64,000 nt of DNA from Squalus acanthias (lineage: Eukaryota), in the NCBI GenBank assembly GCA_030390025.1, contig JASTWF010000353.1, positions 310,001 to 374,000 on the forward strand, written 5' to 3'. Below, piece by piece: positions 49,552 to 59,483 of the stretch. Position 1 is the first letter of the stretch; every line of letters starts with the position of its first letter. Under the pieces are notes generated by a model that searched no databases, was not told the DNA's origin, and was given only the letters and a program-made list of their open reading frames with translations. A program made the translations under genes and the position numbers.

Positions 49552-51224
49552 TGTAGAATTCGCAATATATCGCGATTTGATTAATAAGGAGAAAACACAA
49601 AGTTTCGTTCAAACAGCTTTTATTTCAGCAGAATGCTGGCAGGTTTAAATTGGACACCAGCAGCCTGTAAAATGGCCGCCGCACCTCGTGACAGAACATT
49701 CTAGACTTTTCAACAGGCAGACAAGATGGCGTTCCATTAAACATTTGTGCAAGATCGATAACGATTCAGCACAGTGAAGATAATACACGAGACATTATGG
49801 GTTTGCAGTATAAACATAGATACTGAAATCGGTCTCCCAGGTACAAAGGAAAGCCATTGTACCGAGTAATCAAGGGCCCATCCAAAAGACATTAATATGT
49901 AAACTCCCAACGACTCTACGATGAGAGAGCCGTTAGCAGGTAGTTATACAGGACACTTGGAAGCCCCAAACCCCTCCAGGGAGAACACCGACCGATTTAA
50001 CAATGGGAGAAATATTAACAGGTACTCAAACATTCATGAGTAGCCCCGAAACCCATTAAGAACGGAGATCACCCATACAAGACATTTGGGCGCCAAACCC
50101 TAAACAAAAGAATGGACATTATAGTTGGGCGGGAAACGGAAGATTTTTGCACTATAATTGCAGGCTCCAAACCGTCCATTCTCTCTCTTGCTCTTGCTCT
50201 TGCTCCTGCGTTCGCTCGTTTGCTCCTGTGTTTTATCCGGTCGATTCGTAACCTCGTGGCTGCTCCTGTGTACTCGTAGTTGGGCTTCTGCTTGCCTGTT
50301 GCCTCTTCTGAAAAGACTGTTGAACTTTCTGATCCGTTCGGATCTACCTCGTGTCGCGTAACGAAGACCTATGTTGGTAACTGGCAGCGGAACCAAAGGC
50401 CCGAGATGAGATGAGATGAGATGAGATGAGAGGAGAAGAGAAGAAGACCATATCCATCGCCACGGTCAGTAAATCCCGACCGCGCCTGTAGGTCGATCAG
50501 CCAAGTTTCTCCTTGCCAGGAAGACTTCTTTGAACTTTAAAGAACGGACCCCGGAAGATTCTCCTTTGAGATATTGACTGATCTGTGAAACCCACCAACA
50601 GAGGTCTTCATCACAGCAGACGGTCCAGCCTACTAGCCGAAGCAGCAGAAGCAAGTAAACAAGTGGGACCAGGAGATCTCCTGACCGACACGTGGGTGCT
50701 GCGGTGAAAAACATCCGATCAGCTATTCGGAATTTCTCCGAGTTATCACGAGTGGTGAGCATGAGTCTCGAGATCCTACGAAGCTAGTTTAGGATAGATA
50801 TTGATAGGGGAGGGTTTAAAGATTAAGGATATTTGTAATGTGTGCCCCTATTTACGTTGTGCCGTTCGTTCCTCGTTTCCCTAAGATCGACTATATAACT
50901 GTTTGTAAGATTGTACTGTCATTAATCTGTGCTTATGACATGTATTTCATAATTTTAAGTATCATGCAATAAAGATTTTCCATTTCGTACCATTCAAACC
51001 AAGTCTACATGAGTTTTATCTCCATTACTGCTCTCGCATCTAAGTCCAGTGTCTAGAACCGTAAGGGAGAGTGATTCGAACCACTCACAGGTGTGTCTAG
51101 TGTTCCCAGACTGGCTGGAGACCAGAACAGGCAACCAGGCCTAGACCCGCACTGACATACAGGCTGCACAGAGCCGCGTGAATCTCACAGGCTGCGAGAC
51201 ACGCAGGGTCAGGAATCCCTTACA
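49552..51224 (+). repeat. 5' LTR of element 2 (1673 bp, subfamily III)
   Basis: TGTAGAATTC...CCCTTACA. TATA-like element at 50153, (GAGAT)n near 50403-50430, AATAAA at 50968-50973. Confidence 0.95.
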
Positions 51225-51228
51225 GAAA

Positions 51229-53040
51229 ATGGCGACCGCGGCAGGACACTGGCAGCGAGAGGGTAGTGTGTTAGATTTTGGAATGACTGTACGAAATGTT
51301 ATGCAGGAAAAGATAGCGGATTATGTGTTTGGAAAGGTTAATCTAACTAAGAAGTGGATAAGTGAATTGTTAGCGGATAAGAGCCCACTAGAGGCAGCTG
51401 AAAGGTGGACAGATAGTAAGGAACATAAAAAGACAGTTGAGAAAGCAGTCTGGCTTATGTGCTACAAAAGGCAGGTTCAGATTTCAAACCAGACCATTAC
51501 AGCGCTAACAGCTCGAATCAGTCATTTAGAGGGAGAAATGGAGGAGAAGGTTTCTGGAGGGGAGGTGCTCATTAAGAATTTAAATGAGTTACACCAGGAA
51601 AGCCAGGAAGTCTCCAGTCACCTTAAGACAAGGATAGATTATCTCGAGTGCCAGGTCACTGAGGCAAAATTGAATGAGAGCAGGTTAAAGGAAAGATGTA
51701 ACCGCCAAGCTGCCCAGATAAGAACTCAAGAAGAGAGCTTAATGGGGGTTAGGTCGGCGTATAAGTTGGCCCTTGAAGATAAGTTTCAGGGAGCCGACCA
51801 TAGCGCCTGCCAAAGGGAGATAGAGAGCCTCAAAAAGGCCGTGAACAATGCGAACGGCATGGTGTGCCTTATCAATCCGTCGGCGCACCAGCCGCTAGTA
51901 AATGAGAGATTTAGAAAATCCCCACCAAGTAAAGCAGAAGAAGTAGTAGCCACTGCGCCCTCCGCGCCACCCAGCTATTCAGAAACCTGGGTTAGGGAGG
52001 AAGCAATGGAAGAAACGAAAAAGCCCATTGAAAAGGAAGCAGAAAAGGGATCGTTGTATCCAGTAACGGGTATTAAAAGGGGCCCAAGCAGAAACGGTGG
52101 GGAAGAACCGGGGGATCTCCTCGGACAGCTGGTGTTGCCTCACAGTTCACATCAGCTGAGAGCTATGATAAATCACGTACGGAAGCTGACCGAGATAGAC
52201 GACCCTTCCGTACATTTCAGGGAAGTTGAGCAAGCCGCAGCCATTAACGGCTGCGATGATGGGGAGACAGCAAAAATGCTGCTGTTCTCATTAGACAGCT
52301 CGGTCCTTCAGTGTCTCTCAGGCGAGAGCAAGAGGGGAAACAAAAGTTATGAGGAATTAAAAAATGAGGTCCTAGAAGTGTTGGGGGCGAACGACGGAGG
52401 TCCGTTTGCTAGAGTGGGACAGACAGTGCAGATGGAGGGAGAACCCCCGAAGGTTTTTGCCGACAGGCTGTGGCCAGTATATGAGCGCAGCTGTCTAGGT
52501 GCGCCCGAGCGCGAAGATGTGGAAGGCGCCGCTCTAACTCATTGGCTTAGGTGCATAATAGCCAACAGTTTACCAGCCGTTAGAGAGCAGGCAAAAGCCT
52601 GGTTCGATCCCAATGACCTCAACCTTACGGAAGAGTCGGTCTTGAATCGACTCACGTTAGGTTATCGTAATATAAGGGGTATGACGACACGTCCCTTTAA
52701 GGGAAGAGTACATGAGGTACGACCCGCAGCCCCGGCTCAAAAGGAGTGGCATCAGGAGGGAAATCGCGTCCCACAAGCCAGTAATGCTTGTTACGGGTGT
52801 GGGAAGACAGGGCACTGGCGCAAGCACTGCAGGAACCCTTGGAAGGATTCCAAGGATAAAAATCCCGCGGTCCGAGCCCAGGCGCCTGTCCCGGCTAAGG
52901 AAGCCAAGGCACCCACCCCTCCCGACGACCTCGAAGCAGTGTTAGGAGCCATGCGCAAGCTGGTTTTGAATGCGCGTGGACAGGTGGCGGTCGCAACCGG
53001 CCCCGTAGGTGCCGCAGGACCGTCTAATAGTCCCCAATGA
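51229..53040 (+). CDS. gag: Intact Gag (603 aa): coiled-coil N-terminal half, PSAPPSY late-domain-like motif, capsid-like region, one CCHC knuckle
   Basis: Open ORF from gaaaATGG with CYGCGKTGHWRKHC, located directly after the LTR. Confidence 0.92.
   Translation: MATAAGHWQREGSVLDFGMTVRNVMQEKIADYVFGKVNLTKKWISELLADKSPLEAAERWTDSKEHKKTVEKAVWLMCYKRQVQISNQTITALTARISHLEGEMEEKVSGGEVLIKNLNELHQESQEVSSHLKTRIDYLECQVTEAKLNESRLKERCNRQAAQIRTQEESLMGVRSAYKLALEDKFQGADHSACQREIESLKKAVNNANGMVCLINPSAHQPLVNERFRKSPPSKAEEVVATAPSAPPSYSETWVREEAMEETKKPIEKEAEKGSLYPVTGIKRGPSRNGGEEPGDLLGQLVLPHSSHQLRAMINHVRKLTEIDDPSVHFREVEQAAAINGCDDGETAKMLLFSLDSSVLQCLSGESKRGNKSYEELKNEVLEVLGANDGGPFARVGQTVQMEGEPPKVFADRLWPVYERSCLGAPEREDVEGAALTHWLRCIIANSLPAVREQAKAWFDPNDLNLTEESVLNRLTLGYRNIRGMTTRPFKGRVHEVRPAAPAQKEWHQEGNRVPQASNACYGCGKTGHWRKHCRNPWKDSKDKNPAVRAQAPVPAKEAKAPTPPDDLEAVLGAMRKLVLNARGQVAVATGPVGAAGPSNSPQ
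51230..51247 (+). promoter_or_regulatory. Primer binding site, tRNA-Arg(UCG) type
   Basis: TGGCGACCGCGGCAGGAC is complementary to the 3' end ...GUCCUGCCGCGGUCGCCA that I recall for vertebrate tRNA-Arg-TCG. Confidence 0.85.
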
Positions 53041-54150
53041 CTAGAGTCCACGCAGCCTGCCTACCTGTGTCCTTTTAAAAGACACGCACAGGAGGGGGTC
53101 TGCGGTGAGGAGGCCAGGTTAAAAGAGCAGGCCTTGCGGGAGGAGAACGCCCGCTTAATAGGGAAAATAGATAGGCTGGAAGGGCAGCTTAGAGAGCAGG
53201 CCCTGCGGGAGGAGAACGCCCGAGCAATGGGAAAGTTAGACGTGCTCAGGCTAGAAGCGCAGCTTAGTGAGATAAAAGCAGCCTACAGGGTAGCCAAAAG
53301 CCGGGAGTATGAGGATGTAAACCAATGCAAACTGTACCAGCCAGGTGCGCAGGGGAAAACTACAGGGGTAAATCCCGCCAATGGGAAAGCACAGCCCCAG
53401 GTAGGACCACAAGGCACACAGGCAGGCATAGCAGCTTGCATCAGGGGAAGGGACATCCCGGACGATCATGCAGCGTTTTTCTGGAGTTGGGGGTTAGATG
53501 AGGAAGAACCCAGGGTACCCTGGTCAGATGAGGATAGTGCAGATGAGCATAGTGATGATGACGGGTGGTTCCTGAGGAACGGTCTGGGGGGAATGGGGCC
53601 TATAGGTAGAGATCCACACAGGGTGGACACACAAGCTGCAGGTCCCGAGGACAGGAGGGAGGAGCTAGAGGAGGCAGGGCCAGCCGCTATAGGAGCACAG
53701 AGAGTACCAATGTGGCTCCCAGAGATGTGGCCGCCCGCTTTGAACGTCCAGTCCTCAGGGGAGGCAGAGATCACGAGTGAAGGGCCGCCTGCTGGGCCGA
53801 GCAGGGCGGAGCCACGAACTGCCAGCCCCGAGGTTAGGGAGGCGGAGTCAGCGGAGGCGGAGCCGGCGACTGTGATGGAACCCCAGGTCATCCCGTTGGA
53901 GGTCTCGGAACCCGGTCCGTCCGTCACGGAACCCCCGCCCATAGCAACTCCCCGTAGGTCAAGTAGAGAACCCCAGCCCAGGAGGATGTGGTCATGTCCC
54001 CAGACTGCCCCAAGGCGTAGACTTCAGGTTAAGATAACCCGGGTACAGACAGGCCACATCGCAGCAGTAACAGGCTGCGGCAGATCAGAGGGAAGGGTCA
54101 GTGCCCTCCCACCGTCGGGAAGAGCTCGCAGCAGCCTTCTCAGAGTTTAA
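53041..54150 (+). CDS. In-frame readthrough extension: first Pol codons, a coiled-coil insert and the integrase C-terminal tail
   Basis: No stop between the gag TGA and 54150. 53073-53316 replaces about 3.6 kb of pol. Pol homology resumes at VNQCKLY. Confidence 0.7.
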   Translation, partial: LESTQPAYLCPFKRHAQEGVCGEEARLKEQALREENARLIGKIDRLEGQLREQALREENARAMGKLDVLRLEAQLSEIKAAYRVAKSREYEDVNQCKLYQPGAQGKTTGVNPANGKAQPQVGPQGTQAGIAACIRGRDIPDDHAAFFWSWGLDEEEPRVPWSDEDSADEHSDDDGWFLRNGLGGMGPIGRDPHRVDTQAAGPEDRREELEEAGPAAIGAQRVPMWLPEMWPPALNVQSSGEAEITSEGPPAGPSRAEPRTASPEVREAESAEAEPATVMEPQVIPLEVSEPGPSVTEPPPIATPRRSSREPQPRRMWSCPQTAPRRRLQVKITRVQTGHIAAVTGCGRSEGRVSALPPSGRARSSLLRV

Positions 54151-54437
54151 AGGGGCCGCCCTGAGAACGGGCGGCACTGTAAAGTTATTAGTTTTAAGTT
54201 TTAAGTTTGTAGTGTCAAGGTTAAGTTTTAAGTTTTACTAAGGCTAAGTTTGTAGTGTTTTTAACAGAAAACGATAAAATGATGGGAGTTTTAAGGCTAG
54301 GTTTAGAGGAAGTCTATGCAGCAAACGTTGAAGTTTACGTGAGGCGAGGTCAGGGGACCCGCTCACCCTTCACAAAAGCCAGAGACTTTTGCGAGGCTGG
54401 CTACCTCATTCTATCTGATCACAGGAACCAAGGAAGG

Positions 54438-56789
54438 ATGGAACGAATTCTAGTATTGCTCGTGGCAATCGGATGTGGATTGGCCTATCGAGGCCACACC
54501 AAGGATGTCGTGGTGTTTGGATGTTCCGGGGACACGGCCCCCATCGCGGTGGATGGGACCGGAAGACGGAAGGCAGAGGGGACCAGCACCTATTTCCACA
54601 AGGGAAGGTGGCCAGGATGGCTGGGAACGAACTCAACGGAGTATTCCAGCACATCGGGGTTTGCCTACAAAGAGACTTCTTTAATGTGCCCCAAAGTAAG
54701 GATCATCGCACCCAGGATCAGCGTCACCGTCGGCAAACAGATTTGTTTGACCTGTAGTGGGAATGTCCCATTGAGCCGATGGTGGTGGCTGCGAAAGCTG
54801 AGCAAAACTATGAGAAACTCTTCGGTCGAGTGGGAACGACTGGGTAATAATACCCATCGGACAATTACGGGGACAAACGGACAAGTGAAAGTCTGTTGGG
54901 ACAAATGGTGGGAACCGGATGAGGGGATTTATGTATGTATGTGGGGGTCAAAGTACGTTTGCCCCAAAGGCATCTCCATATTTTTTATTAATCAATGGCA
55001 GGATAACGGACAGGGGATGAGGTGGGATGCGAGCACCAGGGGGTGCGGAGCCCCATTCTCCCCGATCCCAGTAAATGCCACTGAGCTCATTACGCGCCCA
55101 CGCAAAGCCCCGCCCACGATTCCGGTGGTTCTAGCTGAGGAAGAAGGGTGCCCTAAAACTAGTAAGGGACCCGGGAACGGTTTGGTACTGGTCCCCACAG
55201 ACCAGATACTATTTCAGGGGGTACATTACGCGGTGGCCTCGGTGATTTTAAATCTCACTGAGGTGCGGTTACCAGAGTGGTGCCCCAAAAAGACGGAACA
55301 GTTGTATCAGGTCCTGTTGACCAAGATGTTCAGACAATTTTACGAGTTTGATTTTGCAGAAATTGATAAGACAAGTTTGTACACCGCACCGCAGGAAGTT
55401 TTGGATCAAGTAGGGAGGCAAAGAAGGGGTTTGGTGAACGATGCGTTCACTGCTTTTAACACAGGGACATCTATGGTCAACGCTCTAGACAGTGTGGAGC
55501 TGCAGACCCAGATTAATGGTTTAAAAACACAGTTAAAAGACATTCTAACAGATGAGAATAAAGTGGTAGGGTCAGGTCTACACGAGGACCAAGCCATGAC
55601 TCTCCATTTAAAGGAAATTATAGCAGAGCTGGAGAAACATGCGCGTACGGTAAATGCCCTGATCAGGGAAGATCGGAATGCATCCGATCAAGCTGCGCAG
55701 AACGAGGTGTGCGTGCTTTACGGGGCGTGGTTACTGGGCGAGGGCCGCAGTAATTTGGAGGATTTAAAACAAGGTTTGGTTCCGTCCTGGATAAGTAACA
55801 AACACCTGCGGGCGCTCCACCCTTTTCAGAACGCATTAAGTCCGTGCCAGCTCAGGCTAGCTTCAGAAGCTTACCCAGTCCCCGTGGACTGCGGACATTC
55901 AAACCATACTATTATGGGAATAGTATTACGCATGCCGGTTTTGGGCAACACAGCAAAGCCCGCCCCGGTGTATCGGGTAGAGAACATTGGTGTCATTCAG
56001 GGGGGAGCCCACATTCGTTATGCAGCAGTTCCACCTTACGTCATCCGCTGGGAGCAAACGATGACAGGTACAGATCTCTCTGGTTGTCGTGGCAGGGGAG
56101 CACACATAATACTGTGCCCCCAGCACTTGAATGCCTTTTTAACACCACAGTGCGGGTTCAGAACGGCTGGCGCCAAGTCCATGAATTGCACCATGGAGGC
56201 AATGGCACAAGATCATGTGCCTCCGCAGGTAGCATACATCGGGGGTGGAACATATTGTGTTACCACTGCAGCGCAACACTACCAGCATGGAAACCGTAGC
56301 CGGTGTCCGGTGAGTGACAGCAGTTTCTGTTTTAAACCCAGGGCTGAAGTTCAAGTAGCACAACAGCGAATTATCCCAATCCCTGAACCATCCACTGTTC
56401 ATCTCACAGTAAAAGAGAATTTCACCGACTTGCAGCGATTTGTCGCGCATTTTGGTTACCTCATTCCCCCTCTCCCTGAGCATTTAACCAAACTTCTGAA
56501 AGCCGTCGCGGTATCACAGAAACATTTTTATACATTAGAGCAGAAAACTGTCGAAATAGGAACAGACATTCTGGACATAGTGGTTCCACCGTGGTGGAAT
56601 CTGTTCACGAATATTGAAGTGCCTTCATGGATCAGAATAGCCTCCCACATTTTAGTCGTCTGTCAAGTGTTTATTGTAGTGTACCTATTGGTCATACATT
56701 GTAAAAGAGACAAGCGCCTCACCAAGCATGAAAACACGGGAGAGTGGCGAGAACGTTACGTGCGCGTGCACGATGAGAGCACCGTGTAA
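54438..56789 (+). CDS. env: Intact envelope glycoprotein (783 aa): signal peptide, Ig-like domain, class I F-like fusion protein, TM and tail
   Basis: aggATGG start just after the candidate splice acceptor tgatcacAG (54423-54424). Furin RQRR at 55416-55427, then heptad repeat, Cys-rich region and TM near 56627-56703. Confidence 0.9.
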   Translation: MERILVLLVAIGCGLAYRGHTKDVVVFGCSGDTAPIAVDGTGRRKAEGTSTYFHKGRWPGWLGTNSTEYSSTSGFAYKETSLMCPKVRIIAPRISVTVGKQICLTCSGNVPLSRWWWLRKLSKTMRNSSVEWERLGNNTHRTITGTNGQVKVCWDKWWEPDEGIYVCMWGSKYVCPKGISIFFINQWQDNGQGMRWDASTRGCGAPFSPIPVNATELITRPRKAPPTIPVVLAEEEGCPKTSKGPGNGLVLVPTDQILFQGVHYAVASVILNLTEVRLPEWCPKKTEQLYQVLLTKMFRQFYEFDFAEIDKTSLYTAPQEVLDQVGRQRRGLVNDAFTAFNTGTSMVNALDSVELQTQINGLKTQLKDILTDENKVVGSGLHEDQAMTLHLKEIIAELEKHARTVNALIREDRNASDQAAQNEVCVLYGAWLLGEGRSNLEDLKQGLVPSWISNKHLRALHPFQNALSPCQLRLASEAYPVPVDCGHSNHTIMGIVLRMPVLGNTAKPAPVYRVENIGVIQGGAHIRYAAVPPYVIRWEQTMTGTDLSGCRGRGAHIILCPQHLNAFLTPQCGFRTAGAKSMNCTMEAMAQDHVPPQVAYIGGGTYCVTTAAQHYQHGNRSRCPVSDSSFCFKPRAEVQVAQQRIIPIPEPSTVHLTVKENFTDLQRFVAHFGYLIPPLPEHLTKLLKAVAVSQKHFYTLEQKTVEIGTDILDIVVPPWWNLFTNIEVPSWIRIASHILVVCQVFIVVYLLVIHCKRDKRLTKHENTGEWRERYVRVHDESTV

Positions 56790-57072
56790 TCGGAAAATGG
56801 CGTCACTCCCGCTCGCCGCGTGCGCCGCGGAAGTTTGTACTCATTGTAAATACGTTGGAAACTCGACATGTTTTAAGAGTTGGGGTTTGATTATTTTGGT
56901 GATGGTGTTGATTGTTTGGTTTTGGGTTTTGTTTTTTTTCCTTTCCCTGAATAAAAGACAAATATACAGGTGATGCGTGAGGTATCGGCCTGGTTACGCC
57001 GGGAAGGAAAACAAGTGGTGTAAGTTTAAGGGCAAATAATGCCTACGGTGATATAAAATGTGGATGGGCCCT

Positions 57073-58702
57073 TGTAGAATTCGCAATATATCGCGATTTT
57101 ATTAATAAGGAGAAAACACAGAGTTTCGTTCAAACAGCTTTTATTTCAGCAGAATGCTGCCAGGTTTAAAGTGGACACAAGCAGCCTGTAAAATGGCCGC
57201 CGCACCTCGTGACAGAACATTCTAGACTTTTCAACAGGCAGACAAGATGGCGTTCCAATAAACATTTGTGCAAGATCGATTAAGATTCAGCACAGTGAAG
57301 ATAATACACGAGACATTATGGGTTTGCAGTATACACATAAATACTGAAATCGGTCTCCCAGGTACAAATGAAAGCCATTGTACCGAGTAATCAAGGGCCC
57401 ATCCAAAAGACATTAATATGTAAAATCCCAACGACTCTACGATGAGAGAGCCGTTAGCAGGTAGTTATACAAAACACTTGGAAGCCCCACAACCCCTCCA
57501 GGGAGAACACCGACCGATTTAACAATGGGAGAAATATTAACAGGTACTCAGACATTTACGAGTAGCCCCGAAACCCATTAAGAACGGAGATCACCCATAC
57601 AAGACATTTGAGCACCAGACCCTAAACAAAAGAATGGACATTAAGGTTGGGCGGGAAACGGAAGATTTTGCACTATAATTGCAGGCTCCAAACCGTCCAT
57701 CTTTCTCTTATCCGATCGACTCTTATCATCGTGGCTGCTCCTGTGTACTCGTAGTTGGGCTCCTGCTTGCCTGTTGCCTCTTTGAAAAGGACTGTTGAAC
57801 TTTCTGATCCGTTCGGATCTACCTCGTGTCGCGTAACGAAGACCTATGTTGGTAACTGGCAGCGGAACCAAAGGCTCGAGATGAGATGAGAGGAGATGAG
57901 ATGAGATGAGAAGAGAGGAAGACCATATCCATCGCCACGGTCGGTAAATCCCGACCGCGCCTGTAGGTCGATTAGCCAAGTTTTCCTTGCCAGGAAGACT
58001 TCTTCGAACTTGCAAAGAAACATATTGTATCGATGATATTGACAACTGTGCTCGAAAAGTACCTGTTAAACCAACCAACACAGGTCTTCATCACAGCAGA
58101 CGTTCCAGCCTGCTAGCCGGAGCAGCAGAAGCAAGTAAACAAGTGGGACCAGGAGATCTCCTGACCGACACGTGGGTGCTGCGGTGAAAAACATCCGATC
58201 AGCTATTCGGAATTTCTCCGAGTTATCACGAGTGGTGAGCATGAGTCTCGAAATCCTACGAATCTAGTTTAGGATAGATATTGATAGGGGAGGGTTTAAG
58301 GATTAAGGATATTTGTAATGTGTGCCCCTATTTACTATGTGCCGTTCGTTCCTCGTTTCCCTAAGATCGACTATATAACTGTTTGTAAGATTGTACTGTC
58401 ATTAATCTGTGCTTATGACATGTATTTCATAATCTTAAGTATCATGCAATAAAGATTTTCCATTTCGTACCATTCAACCGAGTCTACATGAGTTTCATCT
58501 CCATTACTGCTCTCGCATCTAAGTCCAGTGTCTAGAACCGTAAGGGCGAGTGATTCGAACCACTCACAGGTGTGTCTAGTGTTCCCAGACTGGCTGGAGA
58601 CCAGAACAGGCAACAAGGCCTAGACCCGCACTGACATACAGGCTGCACAGAGCCGCGTGAATCTCACAGGCTGCGAGACACGCACGGTCAGAATCCCTTA
58701 CA
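57073..58702 (+). mobile_element. Solo LTR (1630 bp, subfamily III) with TSD CCCT, inserted into an opposite-strand LTR
   Basis: ccct at 57069-57072 and 58703-58706. The joined flanks rebuild the LTR sequence tggatgggcccttgattactcggtac. Confidence 0.88.
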
Positions 58703-59030
58703 CCCTTGATTACTCGGTACAATAGCTTTCATTCGTACCTGGGAGACCGATTTCAGTATTTATGTGTATACTGCAAACCCATAATGTCTCGTGTATTATC
58801 TTCACTGTGCTGAATCTTAATCGATCTTGCACAAATGTTTATTGGAACGCCATCTTGTCTGCCTGTCGAAAAGTCTAGAATGTTCTGTCACGAGGTGCGG
58901 CGGCCATTTTACAGGCTGCTTGTGTCCACTTTGAGAAACCTGACCGCATTCTGCTGAAATAAAAGCTGTTTGAACGGGACTCTGTGTTTTCACCTTATTA
59001 ATAAAATCGCGATAAATTGCGAATTCTACA
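58703..59030 (-). repeat. U3-side remainder of the 3' LTR of provirus 3
   Basis: Ends gaattctaca and is followed by the PPT complement gtccctcctgttg. Confidence 0.9.
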
Positions 59031-59483
59031 GTCCCTCCTGTTGATGCGAATAACTCCGCTTATCGTACCAAAAATCATAGTGGTGAGCAATATTATCTCG
59101 ATTTCTCTCCGAATCCAGCAAATTAATCCCATAATTTTAACCTAGCTAGGGTCTCTGTTTCGTCCTTATTTCCCAAGAAAATTACATTTTATATCACCGT
59201 GGGCCTTTATTTGCCCTTAAACTTACACCACTTGTTTTCCTTCCCGGCGTAACCAGGCCGATGCCTCTCGTATCACCTGTATATTCATCTTTTATTCAGG
59301 GAAAGGAAAAACAAAACCCAAAACCAAACAATCATTTTTAACTAGAACACCATCACCAAAAATAATCAACACCAACTCTTAACACATGTCGAGTTCCCAA
59401 ACGTATTTACAATCTTTGAAAATCATGATCGAGTACAAACTTCCGCGGCGCACGTGGCGAGCGGGAATGACGCCATTTTCCGA

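Larger units (their letters stand above)
49552..57061 (+). mobile_element. Element 2: pol-less LTR-PBS-gag-env element, 3'-truncated before the PPT
   Basis: LTR, PBS, intact gag, in-frame pol replacement and intact env. The post-env region stops at atataaaatgt, short of the PPT. Confidence 0.88.

Noticed and set aside
54255..54437. 53-61 aa N-terminal Env extension as a foamy-like leader peptide
   Set aside because: A candidate splice acceptor and a strong-context ATG directly precede the signal peptide. The extension is open in all three copies, so it is not fully excluded.
56728..56973. Small hydrophobic ORF after env as an accessory membrane protein
   Set aside because: The provirus 3 copy has an early stop and indels. 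The hydrophobicity comes from a T/G-rich tract.
49552..58702. A single canonical provirus bounded by two plus-strand LTRs
   Set aside because: The outer flanks do not match (ggac versus ccct), the PPT is missing and the second LTR has its own TSD.
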